Of a stretch of DNA of 64,000 nt, positions 9,346-17,748 are shown in pieces. The notes beneath the pieces were generated by a model. It searched no databases, was not told where the DNA came from, and worked only from the letters and a program-made list of their open reading frames with translations. Location of the stretch: contig JBBRLQ010000013.1 in NCBI GenBank assembly GCA_038231275.1, forward strand, positions 32,001 through 96,000, read 5' to 3'. The position numbers were made by a program, and so were the translations under genes. Source of the DNA: Polyangiales bacterium (GTDB lineage: Bacteria; Myxococcota_A; Polyangia; Polyangiales; Polyangiaceae). Numbering within the stretch: the stretch's first letter is position 1; each line of letters starts with the position of its first letter.

Positions 9346-10274
9346 GCGTAGACGCCCCCCACCGTGAGGCCCATCGTCGCGGGCAGGTTCCTCCCGAGCT
9401 GCGGCACCGGGGGATTCATGAAGACGCTGCCGATCACCCGCAAGTGATGATCGATCGGGTAGAGCCCCGCAAGGCTCATGGTGAAGATTCGGCGCGAGCT
9501 CTTCGCGACCTCGTCGCCATCGACAGTGGCGTTGCCCTCGAGCGTGAACGAGCCGACGAGCACGATCGACGCGTCATTCGAGAAGGCATATCCGCCCGCG
9601 GCGAGGATCGTGGTCTGCGCCCCGAGAAGCGAATGAACGCCTTGCACCGTTCGCGCGGCCCGCTTGGCGACGAGCACCGTCGCGTCGACGATCCACGGAC
9701 CGAACGTCTGTTCCAGCGCGAGGCCGACGTTGCCCTGGAACGCGCCGACGCCCGTCGCGTCGGTCGCGAGAGGACGGCTCGCGCTCACGGACTCTGGCGG
9801 GCGCCCGGTCGGCAACGTGACGCCTGCGAGGACGCCGATGCCCGGGACAATCTTGGATTCGCCGGCGTCGGTGAAGTCGTACCGCGCGCTGACGTTGAGA
9901 TCGCCGAACCCGCCCCCGAATTCCGGCCCGTCGCGACGCGTCTGCCGGTGGGTCTCGACGATGGGCACGAGGACCGCCGCCTGCGCGCGCCTCAAGAAGC
10001 GAACGGCGGCGAAGGCATCTTGCTCGAGATCGACCTCGCTCGTCCCGGGCGGCGACGTGGCGTAGTGGCCGTCCGAGTCGAACGACGCGAACACGTTCGC
10101 CGCGCGGGCCTGCGCACCGACGAGGATGGCCTCTTGCGGCGCGAGGCGGCCCGGCGTGAGCGCGGATCCGCCGGCGCAGCAGGCTTGCGCGCGCGCGTCG
10201 GCGCTCCACGCCAAGGCCATGGCGAGAAGCGCCGCCGTGACGGCGCTACGGCACGGAGAGGACCGGCGCCGCAT
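9336..10274 (-). CDS. Outer-membrane beta-barrel transporter (MetA-pathway/Phenol_MetA_deg-like)
   Basis: Signal peptide then QACCAGG; G.GD, G.TLPTG, TG.G motifs; C-terminal aromatic (YAWF). Confidence 0.7.
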   Translation of the reverse strand: MRRRSSPCRSAVTAALLAMALAWSADARAQACCAGGSALTPGRLAPQEAILVGAQARAANVFASFDSDGHYATSPPGTSEVDLEQDAFAAVRFLRRAQAAVLVPIVETHRQTRRDGPEFGGGFGDLNVSARYDFTDAGESKIVPGIGVLAGVTLPTGRPPESVSASRPLATDATGVGAFQGNVGLALEQTFGPWIVDATVLVAKRAARTVQGVHSLLGAQTTILAAGGYAFSNDASIVLVGSFTLEGNATVDGDEVAKSSRRIFTMSLAGLYPIDHHLRVIGSVFMNPPVPQLGRNLPATMGLTVGGVYAWF

Positions 10275-10698
10275 GATCGGTGACGGAGCCGCCGAGTGTG
10301 AGCCGAAGCTCCCAGTCGCCGGGCATGAACATTCCCACGTTGGCGATCGCGTAACGGCCGCCGCCGCGAGGCGTGACCTCCGCGCGGATCGACGAGCCGT
10401 GCCCCATCGCGGGCATCCATGGGACGGCGTCGACCGTGAGCCCGTCCTTCGGCGCGCCGCTCGCGTCCGTCACGTCGAGGAGCACGTCGAACGTGCCGCG
10501 CGGAGGCGGCTGCGGATCGGTCCGCACGTCGACGTGAAGCCCGCCGGCGCTGACGATCGACGTGAACGGCGTCGCCGACGTGAACTGCGCGTCGGCGGCG
10601 CCTGCATCGGACGACGCTGACGCCCGCCCCCCTCCTCCGCTCGAGCACGCCGCGAGGAGCACCCCCGCGGCGAGCGTCGTCTTCGCGCCCGTGCTCAT
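10246..10698 (-). CDS. YtkA/FixH-like lipoprotein
   Basis: Lipobox LAAC; PWMPAMGHGS; MFMPGDWEL. Confidence 0.85.
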   Translation of the reverse strand: MSTGAKTTLAAGVLLAACSSGGGGRASASSDAGAADAQFTSATPFTSIVSAGGLHVDVRTDPQPPPRGTFDVLLDVTDASGAPKDGLTVDAVPWMPAMGHGSSIRAEVTPRGGGRYAIANVGMFMPGDWELRLTLGGSVTDHAAPVLSVP

Positions 10699-11348
10699 GG
10701 CACCTGCACGAAGAAGGCGGCGTGCCCGTGCGGCGAGTCGTCGCGCGTGTCCTCGCAGGACTCGTGGAAGTGGAACCGTACGGTCCAATTTCCGGACGCG
10801 TCGAAGCGAATGGGGCCGACGGTGTAGGTCCCCTGCGTCGACGTCTCCGCGGAGGTCTGCTTCGTGTTCGGCCCGGGGTGCGTGTCGTTCAGGTAGACCT
10901 CGGCGCGAACGGGGATGAGCCCGCCCGTCCCTTCGCCGGGAAGCGGCCGCATCGGCGACGACGCTGCGTCCTTCGTCGTGACCGTCACCGTGAACGTGAC
11001 GTCGGCGCCTTGGCGGACCGATGTCGCGCTCCATTTCACGTGGTACTTGCAATCGTCGTCGTCGCCCTCGGCGTTGAATTCGGTATCGCCGTACGTGATT
11101 CCGCCGCCACCGCCATCGCCGCCCGCGCCGGCATCGTCGGGTGCGCCGCCGTCACCCGGGTGACAGGACGCCGCGCTGACGGATTGCGTGACGCCGCCGT
11201 CGGCTTTGCAGTGCGCGTCTTGCGCGCCGGAGACGGGACCGCCGCCGGGACCGGCATCGGCAGTGCCGCCACTCGAAGACGTCGAGCAGGCCGCGACGAG
11301 GCCACAAATCGTGACGAAAGGAGTGAAAAATAGACGTTTTCTGACCAT
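10695..11348 (-). CDS. His/Cys-rich YtkA-like Ig-fold lipoprotein
   Basis: Lipobox VAAC; G.Y..GP..F...G.W.VRFHFH; DSPHGH; 4-nt overlap with downstream gene. Confidence 0.7.
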   Translation of the reverse strand: MVRKRLFFTPFVTICGLVAACSTSSSGGTADAGPGGGPVSGAQDAHCKADGGVTQSVSAASCHPGDGGAPDDAGAGGDGGGGGITYGDTEFNAEGDDDDCKYHVKWSATSVRQGADVTFTVTVTTKDAASSPMRPLPGEGTGGLIPVRAEVYLNDTHPGPNTKQTSAETSTQGTYTVGPIRFDASGNWTVRFHFHESCEDTRDDSPHGHAAFFVQVP

Positions 11349-11433
11349 GGAAAGATCTCCCACGACGAGATTCCCGCGGCGCGAGGCCGCCGAATCCCAC
11401 CGAAGAAACAAACGTTCGAGGCGCCCGTTGGTT

Positions 11434-11847
11434 TCAGGCGTCGCGTCGAGGCGGCGGCGTCGGGGGAGTATCGCGTCCGCGCGGGGGCGCTCGCTCGCGG
11501 GAGGACAACGGAGACGGAACGATCGCGGGCGCACCGGCGAGGGCCACCGCGACGGGCACGGTCGCCAGCGGGAGCGGCGCCGCGTTCGGCATCGGAGGTG
11601 TGTCGTCGTCGCAGGTGGAGCGGAGGGTCGGTCGCGGACTGTGCGCCTTCGCTTGCGCGCGCGCGCTTTGCTGCTCGGCGCACTCCGGGCATGCACACTT
11701 GCCGCGCATCATCCCGCACGCGCAGTGATGCTCGGGCTCGCCCCCGACCGCGCGAAGCGCCCACGGCGCGGCGGGGCCGAGCAGCATCGGCGCCGCGAGG
11801 AGCATCCCGACCACGAGCGAGCAGACGACGTGCACCGCGCGGCGCAT
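11434..11847 (-). CDS. Small Cys/His-rich membrane protein (DUF2946-like)
   Basis: N-terminal TM segment, HHCACGMMRGKCACPEC, Pro-rich C-terminus ERAPP...PPTPPPR. Confidence 0.65.
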   Translation of the reverse strand: MRRAVHVVCSLVVGMLLAAPMLLGPAAPWALRAVGGEPEHHCACGMMRGKCACPECAEQQSARAQAKAHSPRPTLRSTCDDDTPPMPNAAPLPLATVPVAVALAGAPAIVPSPLSSRERAPPRGRDTPPTPPPRRDA

Positions 11848-11924
11848 TCGTGCTCCAACGTGCTCGCGGCTCACCACGCAATGAGTTTAGTGGGCCCTAC
11901 CTTTGCGAGCAACCGGACGTCGCG

Positions 11925-13136
11925 TCACGGCACCGGAAAGATCCGGATCGCGTGCGCCGTGCCCGCGTTGTCGTGCTCGGCGACGAAGAGGCGCTTGTGC
12001 GCGCCGTCGTAGGCGCAGCCACGCGCGCTCTTGAGGCCGGTCTGGAACGACGTGACCGCCCCCGTCTTCGAGATCTGAAAGACGGTGCCGGCCGAGCTGC
12101 CGGCGAAGAACGTCCCGTCAGGCCCCTGGCACACGAGGTCGGGCGACGCGAGCGCGGCGAAGACCGAGGGCTGCGGCCCTGCGTCGACCGGCGGCGCCGC
12201 ATCCGCCGCATCGACGCCACCGTCACCGCCATCCCCCGCTTCGACGCTGCCGTCATCCGCGTCCGCGCCCGCGTCGGCGACGGACGCGTCCGGATCGGTG
12301 AACACGCCACCGGTCAGCGTCGACGCGATCAAATATCCGAAGTCCTGATCACTGAGGAGGATCCGCCCGTCCAGCGTCTGCGTGACGCCGATGGGCTTTT
12401 GGAGTCCGGCGATGAGATCCTTCTCGGTCCCGGCGATGAGGTTGATCTTCGCGATGGCGCCGATGCGCGGGCCGCCGTCGGGTGTCGAGGTAAAGTACGT
12501 GTCGACGATCGTTCCGTCGGCGAGCATCGCGAGGCCGATGCGGCGCTTCTTCGTGCTGAGCGGCACCGGTCCGCCGTCGACGATTCCCGTGACGACGCCC
12601 GCGTCTCCTTTCGGGGAGACCACGATGATCGCGCCGTACTGCCCGAAGCCGAAGCGCGTCACGAGCAAGGTACCGTCGAGGAGACGGATGACTTGCCCGA
12701 GCGTCGGATTCGCGGCGCCGCCGTCCGCAAGCGGGTCGAGCGCAGGGAGGGTCGCCGCGACCGCGAAGCCCGCGGCGTCGGCCCATTTCTGGATCGAGTT
12801 GTTCACGCTATCGGCGATGTAGAGCGCCGCGTTCACGCCGGGGTCCCAGAAGAGGCCGTTGGGATCGCCGTTGAAGGGCATGGTCGTCGGGCCGCGATCG
12901 AACGTCCCCGAGTCCTTCCCGCTGTCCGCACCGGTGTCGCCTCCGCCGGTGTCCGACGTGGAGGTGTCGCCTCCCCCGCCGGTGTCTCCGCCGCTCGTAT
13001 CGGGCCCGACGGTCACGTCGCCCGGACCGGCATCGCGGACAGCGTCCGACGTGTCGTCGCCGCCGCACGCGAGCGCGAGGGAGCCGCCTACGCCAAAAAT
13101 GAGGACCGCGAGCCCCGTGCGACGACCGTACGTCAT
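11925..13136 (-). CDS. Beta-propeller (NHL/SMP-30-like) lipoprotein
   Basis: Lipobox ALAC; PNGL.W...LYIAD, P.G.....DG.I..SD, A.G.AYD....LFVA blades; D-x-G rich linkers. Confidence 0.75.
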   Translation of the reverse strand: MTYGRRTGLAVLIFGVGGSLALACGGDDTSDAVRDAGPGDVTVGPDTSGGDTGGGGDTSTSDTGGGDTGADSGKDSGTFDRGPTTMPFNGDPNGLFWDPGVNAALYIADSVNNSIQKWADAAGFAVAATLPALDPLADGGAANPTLGQVIRLLDGTLLVTRFGFGQYGAIIVVSPKGDAGVVTGIVDGGPVPLSTKKRRIGLAMLADGTIVDTYFTSTPDGGPRIGAIAKINLIAGTEKDLIAGLQKPIGVTQTLDGRILLSDQDFGYLIASTLTGGVFTDPDASVADAGADADDGSVEAGDGGDGGVDAADAAPPVDAGPQPSVFAALASPDLVCQGPDGTFFAGSSAGTVFQISKTGAVTSFQTGLKSARGCAYDGAHKRLFVAEHDNAGTAHAIRIFPVP

Positions 13137-13182
13137 AGCGCTTTCATCGCACGAACGAGCGAGGGGCCCGATCAACAGTCCT

Positions 13183-13210
13183 GTGACATCAGTTGTAACA
13201 ACAAGGCAAC
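13183..13210. promoter_or_regulatory. Putative OmpR/PhoB-family binding site (GTGAC, GTAAC, GCAAC half-sites)
   Basis: Half-sites at 13183, 13195 and 13206 (12 and 11 bp spacing) in an AT-rich divergent intergenic region upstream of the PstS-like gene. Confidence 0.5.
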
Positions 13211-13244
13211 AACCGTCCTCGCGCGGGCATGGCACCCTCGCCCC

Positions 13245-14465
13245 ATGACTCGCCCGATCACTCCTGCAAAGACGCTCGCGTCCGCCGCGGTCGCCGTCTG
13301 CGCGATGCTCGGCGCCGAGCGCGCCGCGTCCGCCGGCAACTGCAGCGCTCTGCCCAATCCCATCGTCGTCGAGTCGGGCGACACGCAGGAGCCGCTCCTC
13401 AAGTCGCTCGGGCAAAAGCTGAGTAACTCGGCGAGCGCGCCGATGACCGTCGCGTACTTCCTCACGGGGTCATGCACGCTCGTCGACGACATGTACAATG
13501 CACGCAAGCTCACGGTGAACCTGAGCTACGTGCCGTCGACCACCGAGGATCCGACGTGGACCACCGCGAAGCCGAGCCCGACGTGCACGATGGACGTCGC
13601 GGGCGGGATGCCGGTGGATATCGCGATCAGCGCGACGTTCGTCTCGAGCTGCACCCAGGCTGCTCCGCCGACGCCACTCGGCTTGGTCCAAGGCCCGATC
13701 CAGAGCTACGCGTTCATCGTCCCCAAGGCGAGCGCGCAGCAGGTCATCACCGCCGAGGAGGGATACTTCACGTTCGGCTTCGGCAACGGCGGGCAGGTGA
13801 GCCCGTGGAGCGACGAGCTCTTCATGTTCATCCGCCCGGCGACGAAGAGCACGATCCTCACGATCGCCGCGGCGATCGGCGTGCCCGCGGCGAAGTGGAA
13901 GGGCCAGCGCAAGAACGCATCGACCGAGGTCCTCAACCTCGTGGCGACGTCGACGAACCCCGACAAGACGATCGGCATCATCGGCTCCGAGGTCTACGAC
14001 TCGAACCGCGGTGAGGTGACCGAGCTCGCGTACCGCGCGTACGGCCAAAAGCACGGGTTTTTGCCGGACTCGAGCGTGACGGCGTTCGACAAGAAGAACC
14101 TCCGCGACGGGCACTACACGATGTGGGCGCCCACCGTTTACATCACGGCGGTGGACGCCGGGGGCACGCCGACCGGTGCCAACGCGAAGACGTTCATCGA
14201 CCTGGTGCTCGGCAACCCGACGCCGAGCGTCACCGACGTCGACGGACTGGGCACCGTGGTCTCGAAGGGCCTCGTCCCCGACTGCGCGATGAAGGTGAAG
14301 CGCGCATTCGAAGGCGCCGACCTCTCGCTCTACACACCGGCGCAACCGTGCGGCTGCTTCTACGAGTCGAAGGTGCCGCAAGGGAGCACGAGCTGCACGG
14401 CCTGCACCGACAACACGCCATGTGGGACCGGCCAGTGCCGCCACGGCTTCTGCGAGGCCAAGTGA
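13245..14465 (+). CDS. Divergent PstS-like periplasmic binding protein with Cys-rich tail
   Basis: Signal peptide; SGDT, GSC, DIAIS, IRP...ST, IGII.S and G.Y..W motifs in PBP2/PstS order; C-terminal CGC...C..C...C....C....C. Confidence 0.65.
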   Translation: MTRPITPAKTLASAAVAVCAMLGAERAASAGNCSALPNPIVVESGDTQEPLLKSLGQKLSNSASAPMTVAYFLTGSCTLVDDMYNARKLTVNLSYVPSTTEDPTWTTAKPSPTCTMDVAGGMPVDIAISATFVSSCTQAAPPTPLGLVQGPIQSYAFIVPKASAQQVITAEEGYFTFGFGNGGQVSPWSDELFMFIRPATKSTILTIAAAIGVPAAKWKGQRKNASTEVLNLVATSTNPDKTIGIIGSEVYDSNRGEVTELAYRAYGQKHGFLPDSSVTAFDKKNLRDGHYTMWAPTVYITAVDAGGTPTGANAKTFIDLVLGNPTPSVTDVDGLGTVVSKGLVPDCAMKVKRAFEGADLSLYTPAQPCGCFYESKVPQGSTSCTACTDNTPCGTGQCRHGFCEAK

Positions 14466-14800
14466 TGAAGACCACCGCGCTCACGTTTTACGCGTCCGCC
14501 GCGCTCGTGGGCGGGCTGCTCTCGTTCGGCGTCGTCGCCGCGTGCGACAGCTCCTCGGGCGTCCACGAGACACCGCCTGGCACGGACTCGGGCGGCGACA
14601 CCGCGGCACCACCCGGTGACTCGGGAGGCGGCGGCGACACGAGCACACTGCCAGACGGGGCGCCGGCGCCCGACGATTGCGTGGTGAACCCGACGACGCA
14701 CCTCGAGATCATCAACGCGTGCACCGACGCGTCGCGGTTCGACAAGAAGCCGAACCTGCCTTTGCTCCTCGCCGACGGCGGCCTTCCGCCCCTTCCCTGA
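14465..14800 (+). CDS. Small lipoprotein
   Basis: Coupled to upstream stop; lipobox VAAC; C..NPTTH.EIINACT, LPLL..DG.LPPLP. Confidence 0.75.
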   Translation: MKTTALTFYASAALVGGLLSFGVVAACDSSSGVHETPPGTDSGGDTAAPPGDSGGGGDTSTLPDGAPAPDDCVVNPTTHLEIINACTDASRFDKKPNLPLLLADGGLPPLP

Positions 14801-14803
14801 GGA

Positions 14804-15505
14804 TCAACGGCACGCGGGCCGATTGCACAAATCGGTCTGCGGCCCTACCGACCACTCTCCCTCGGTGCACGTCAAGTAGGGCCCCAGCGACACGCCGTAG
14901 CACGCGTCGTATCCGCACACGAAGCCTTCGCTCGCACACGCCGTGCCGAGGCGCGGGCGATCGGCGGGGCATCCGGCCGGCGCGGTCGCGAGGCCGCCGT
15001 CGTCGAGGAACGGCGCGACGTCGTCCCACGCGCGGCACCGCCACTGGAAGAGGCGCCCGCCGTCCGTGTCCCCGCACTCGCCACACGTGCAGCGCCCGGC
15101 AGAGTAGTCGCAGCTGCCGGTGGTGACCGGACAGCTCGCGTCGGACGCGGCGCCGAACGATGGGGGGCACGCCGCGACGTTGGGGGCACAAGGGAAATCC
15201 GCACCGAACGTCGCCCACTCGATCTTGCCGCCGGTCCCCGCTTTTTTCGTGCAGAGTGCACGCGTCGCGCAGCGCTGGTGGGCGCCGCCGCCGAACTCGC
15301 ACCACAAGCCCGGCGTGTCGCACGCCTCACCCTCGCTCGGCGAGATTGGCGGACACGTTCGATCGGGCGACGCGTCCGCAGCCGCCGCGTCGGTCGCGTC
15401 GCCATCAGGAGCTCCGGCGTCGAACAATCGGAGCGAGAGCGACCCTTCGCAACCCGCGACGAGGAGGACCGCGACTGCGATCGGGAAGCACCTTACCGAG
15501 CTCAC
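14804..15505 (-). CDS. Cys-rich repeat lipoprotein
   Basis: Lipobox VAGC; three CP...P..G..C.....C.Y/F repeats; start uncertain (GTG 15505). Confidence 0.7.
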   Translation of the reverse strand: MSSVRCFPIAVAVLLVAGCEGSLSLRLFDAGAPDGDATDAAAADASPDRTCPPISPSEGEACDTPGLWCEFGGGAHQRCATRALCTKKAGTGGKIEWATFGADFPCAPNVAACPPSFGAASDASCPVTTGSCDYSAGRCTCGECGDTDGGRLFQWRCRAWDDVAPFLDDGGLATAPAGCPADRPRLGTACASEGFVCGYDACYGVSLGPYLTCTEGEWSVGPQTDLCNRPACR

Positions 15506-15509
15506 GCGT

Positions 15510-15525
15510 GTGACAATAGTGTAAC
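15510..15525. promoter_or_regulatory. Putative Pho-box-like direct repeat GTGAC-N6-GTAAC
   Basis: TGTGACAATAGTGTAACC, 11-bp periodicity, about 40 bp upstream of the porin gene. Confidence 0.55.
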
Positions 15526-15562
15526 CCTTGGCGATCCACTCCCGTGATGTGATCATCGCCGC

Positions 15563-16858
15563 GTGTTCCTTGCGCCGCGAAGCCTCCTCGTCGCCGCCGC
15601 GGCGCTCTTCGTCGCGTCAGGGGCGCGCGCGCAGGACGCCGAACCGAACCCGCGCGCGGTGGTCGCTCCGACGACGCCGAGCTGGACGCGCGACCTTCGC
15701 TTCAGCGGCTTCGTGCAGGCGGATTGGGGCATCGTGCGGCAGTCGTCGCAGGACGAGGTGAACGCCGCCACCGGGGATCCGCTGAACGAAAACCGCTTCC
15801 TCATCCGTCGAGGGCACGTGCGCGCCGACTACGACCGCGACGGTCCCGTCTTCGGCTCGCTGGAGCTCGACGCGAACACCGTCAGGGCTCCCACCGTGCG
15901 CCTCATCGACGCGGAGGCGTCGTTCCGGTGGCCCAAGGCCAAGGATCCCGAGTCGACGTCGTCGTTCATCACGACGATGGGCCTCTTCAAGATCCCGTTC
16001 GGTTTCGAGGTGCTCGAGGCCGACAACCGGCGCCCCTTCCTCGAGCGCGCGACGGTGATCCGCGCGCTCTTTCCCGGCGAATACGATCTCGGCCTTCGCT
16101 TCAAGGTGAAGTGGCGCGCGCTCGATCTCGCGATGGGCCTCATGAACGGCGCGCCGATCGGCGAGCGGCAGTTCCCGGGCCGCGATCCGAACGAGAGCAA
16201 GGACATGGTCGCGCGGCTCGGCGCCACCACCAAGCCGATCGACGGCGTGGGCGTCGACGTCGGAGTGTCGGGCGTCACGGGCGCGGGGTTCCACAAGGGG
16301 ACGCCGTCGACGAAGGACCAGCTCGTCTGGCGCGACACCAACGAGAACGGCATCGTCGAGCCGACGGAGATCCAGGTCATCCCCGGGAGCTCGGCGACGG
16401 CGTCGCAGAATTTTCGGCGGTTCGCGCTGGGGGCCGACGCGCAGGTTCGCGTCGCGATCCCCGTGCTCGGCGAGATGGCGGTGCGCGCCGAGATCGTGTG
16501 GGCGAAGAACCTCGATCGCGCGCTGGTGATCGCGGATCCGATGGCGACGGGGCGCGATCTCCGGGAGACTGGCTACTACGCCGGCGTCACGCAAGAGATC
16601 ACGCGGTGGGGGATGGTCGGCGTTCGCTACGATCGCTACGACGGGGACGCCGACGCGAGTCGGCAAGCGGGCGCCGTCGTCGTGCCGAGCCGCGCGGTCT
16701 TCACGACGGTGGCGGTCATGGGGATGCTTCGCTGGTCGCCGGGGCGCCTGATCCTCGAGTACGATCACAACACGAACCCGCTCGGACGGGACGCCGCCGG
16801 CGCACCGGCGACGCTCAAGGACGATGCGCTCACGCTCCGCGCGGAGGTGTCGTTCTGA
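15563..16858 (+). CDS. OprO/OprP-like (phosphate-selective) porin
   Basis: Signal peptide; SGFVQAD, F.IRR, G.FKIPFG.E, LER, KD..ARL motifs; C-terminal Phe. Confidence 0.75.
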   Translation: MFLAPRSLLVAAAALFVASGARAQDAEPNPRAVVAPTTPSWTRDLRFSGFVQADWGIVRQSSQDEVNAATGDPLNENRFLIRRGHVRADYDRDGPVFGSLELDANTVRAPTVRLIDAEASFRWPKAKDPESTSSFITTMGLFKIPFGFEVLEADNRRPFLERATVIRALFPGEYDLGLRFKVKWRALDLAMGLMNGAPIGERQFPGRDPNESKDMVARLGATTKPIDGVGVDVGVSGVTGAGFHKGTPSTKDQLVWRDTNENGIVEPTEIQVIPGSSATASQNFRRFALGADAQVRVAIPVLGEMAVRAEIVWAKNLDRALVIADPMATGRDLRETGYYAGVTQEITRWGMVGVRYDRYDGDADASRQAGAVVVPSRAVFTTVAVMGMLRWSPGRLILEYDHNTNPLGRDAAGAPATLKDDALTLRAEVSF

Positions 16859-17748
16859 TGCGCGCCGCCTTCGTCCTCGCGATCGTCGCATCCGCCGTCG
16901 CCGCCGCGTGCAGCGGGACGACCGCCGATCAAGGCCTCGACAGCGACATGCAAGTGCAAGGCGCGCAGTTCTTCCGCGGCGCGATGCCCGCGGAGACGGG
17001 TGGCCCCAAGGTGGCGAGCGTCGCCCTCCTCACGCAAGCGGTGCGCGCCGGGCAGATCGGCAAATCGGCGACGGGCGCGCTCGAGCCGCCCGCCGCTGCG
17101 GCCGCGCTGATGCTCGCGGGAGATCGCGGGTACTGGATCTTGTCGGCGGGAGTTCCGGACGTGCAGTCGCCGACGTTCCCGTCGTTCAAGGCGAGCCTGT
17201 CGTTCGCGCGCACGCTGGCGGCCGGCCCGCGCGATCTCCTCGTACGCGCCGTCGACGGCGACGGCCGCTTCGGTCCCGCGAGCCCGCAAAGCCTGACGAT
17301 CGCAGCGGACGGCCCTCCGCCCGGCGCGCTCGTCTTCTCGCTGACGTGGGACACCGAGAGCGATCTCGATATTCACGTCGTCGATCCGACCGGCGCCGAG
17401 GTCTACAAGGGGAACATCAACTCGTGGTCGCCGCCAGCCCCCGGTCAGCCGTCGCCGCCCGACGCGTGGAAGACCGGCGGCATCCTCGATTTCGACTCGA
17501 ACGCGTCGTGCGTCATCGACGGCCTCCGCAGGGAAGACGTCGTCTACGCGAGCGCGCCGCCGGCCGGACACTACCTCGTCCGCGTCGACACGTTCTCTTT
17601 GTGCAGCGAGATCTCCGCGCACTGGACGATGGAAGCGCTCGCGGACGGCGTCGTCGTCGGGAGGGCGACCGGCTCGAGCTTCGAGACCGACACCCAGATG
17701 CCGCACGATCGCGGCGCCGGCGTCCTCGCCCTCGAGATCGATCGGTGA
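16858..17748 (+). CDS. Lipoprotein with YfaP/DUF2135-like C-terminal domain
   Basis: Lipobox AAAC; SLTWD..SDLDIHV.DP.G, G.LD.DSN..C, E......P.G.Y.V.V. Confidence 0.75.
   Translation: MRAAFVLAIVASAVAAACSGTTADQGLDSDMQVQGAQFFRGAMPAETGGPKVASVALLTQAVRAGQIGKSATGALEPPAAAAALMLAGDRGYWILSAGVPDVQSPTFPSFKASLSFARTLAAGPRDLLVRAVDGDGRFGPASPQSLTIAADGPPPGALVFSLTWDTESDLDIHVVDPTGAEVYKGNINSWSPPAPGQPSPPDAWKTGGILDFDSNASCVIDGLRREDVVYASAPPAGHYLVRVDTFSLCSEISAHWTMEALADGVVVGRATGSSFETDTQMPHDRGAGVLALEIDR

Noticed and set aside
11598..13244. Long N-terminal extensions in the ORF track (e.g. 11598, 16824, 22730, 48112, 49323, 62452-63960)
   Set aside because: Extensions overlap other real genes; true starts were reassigned using signal peptides, RBS and start/stop overlaps
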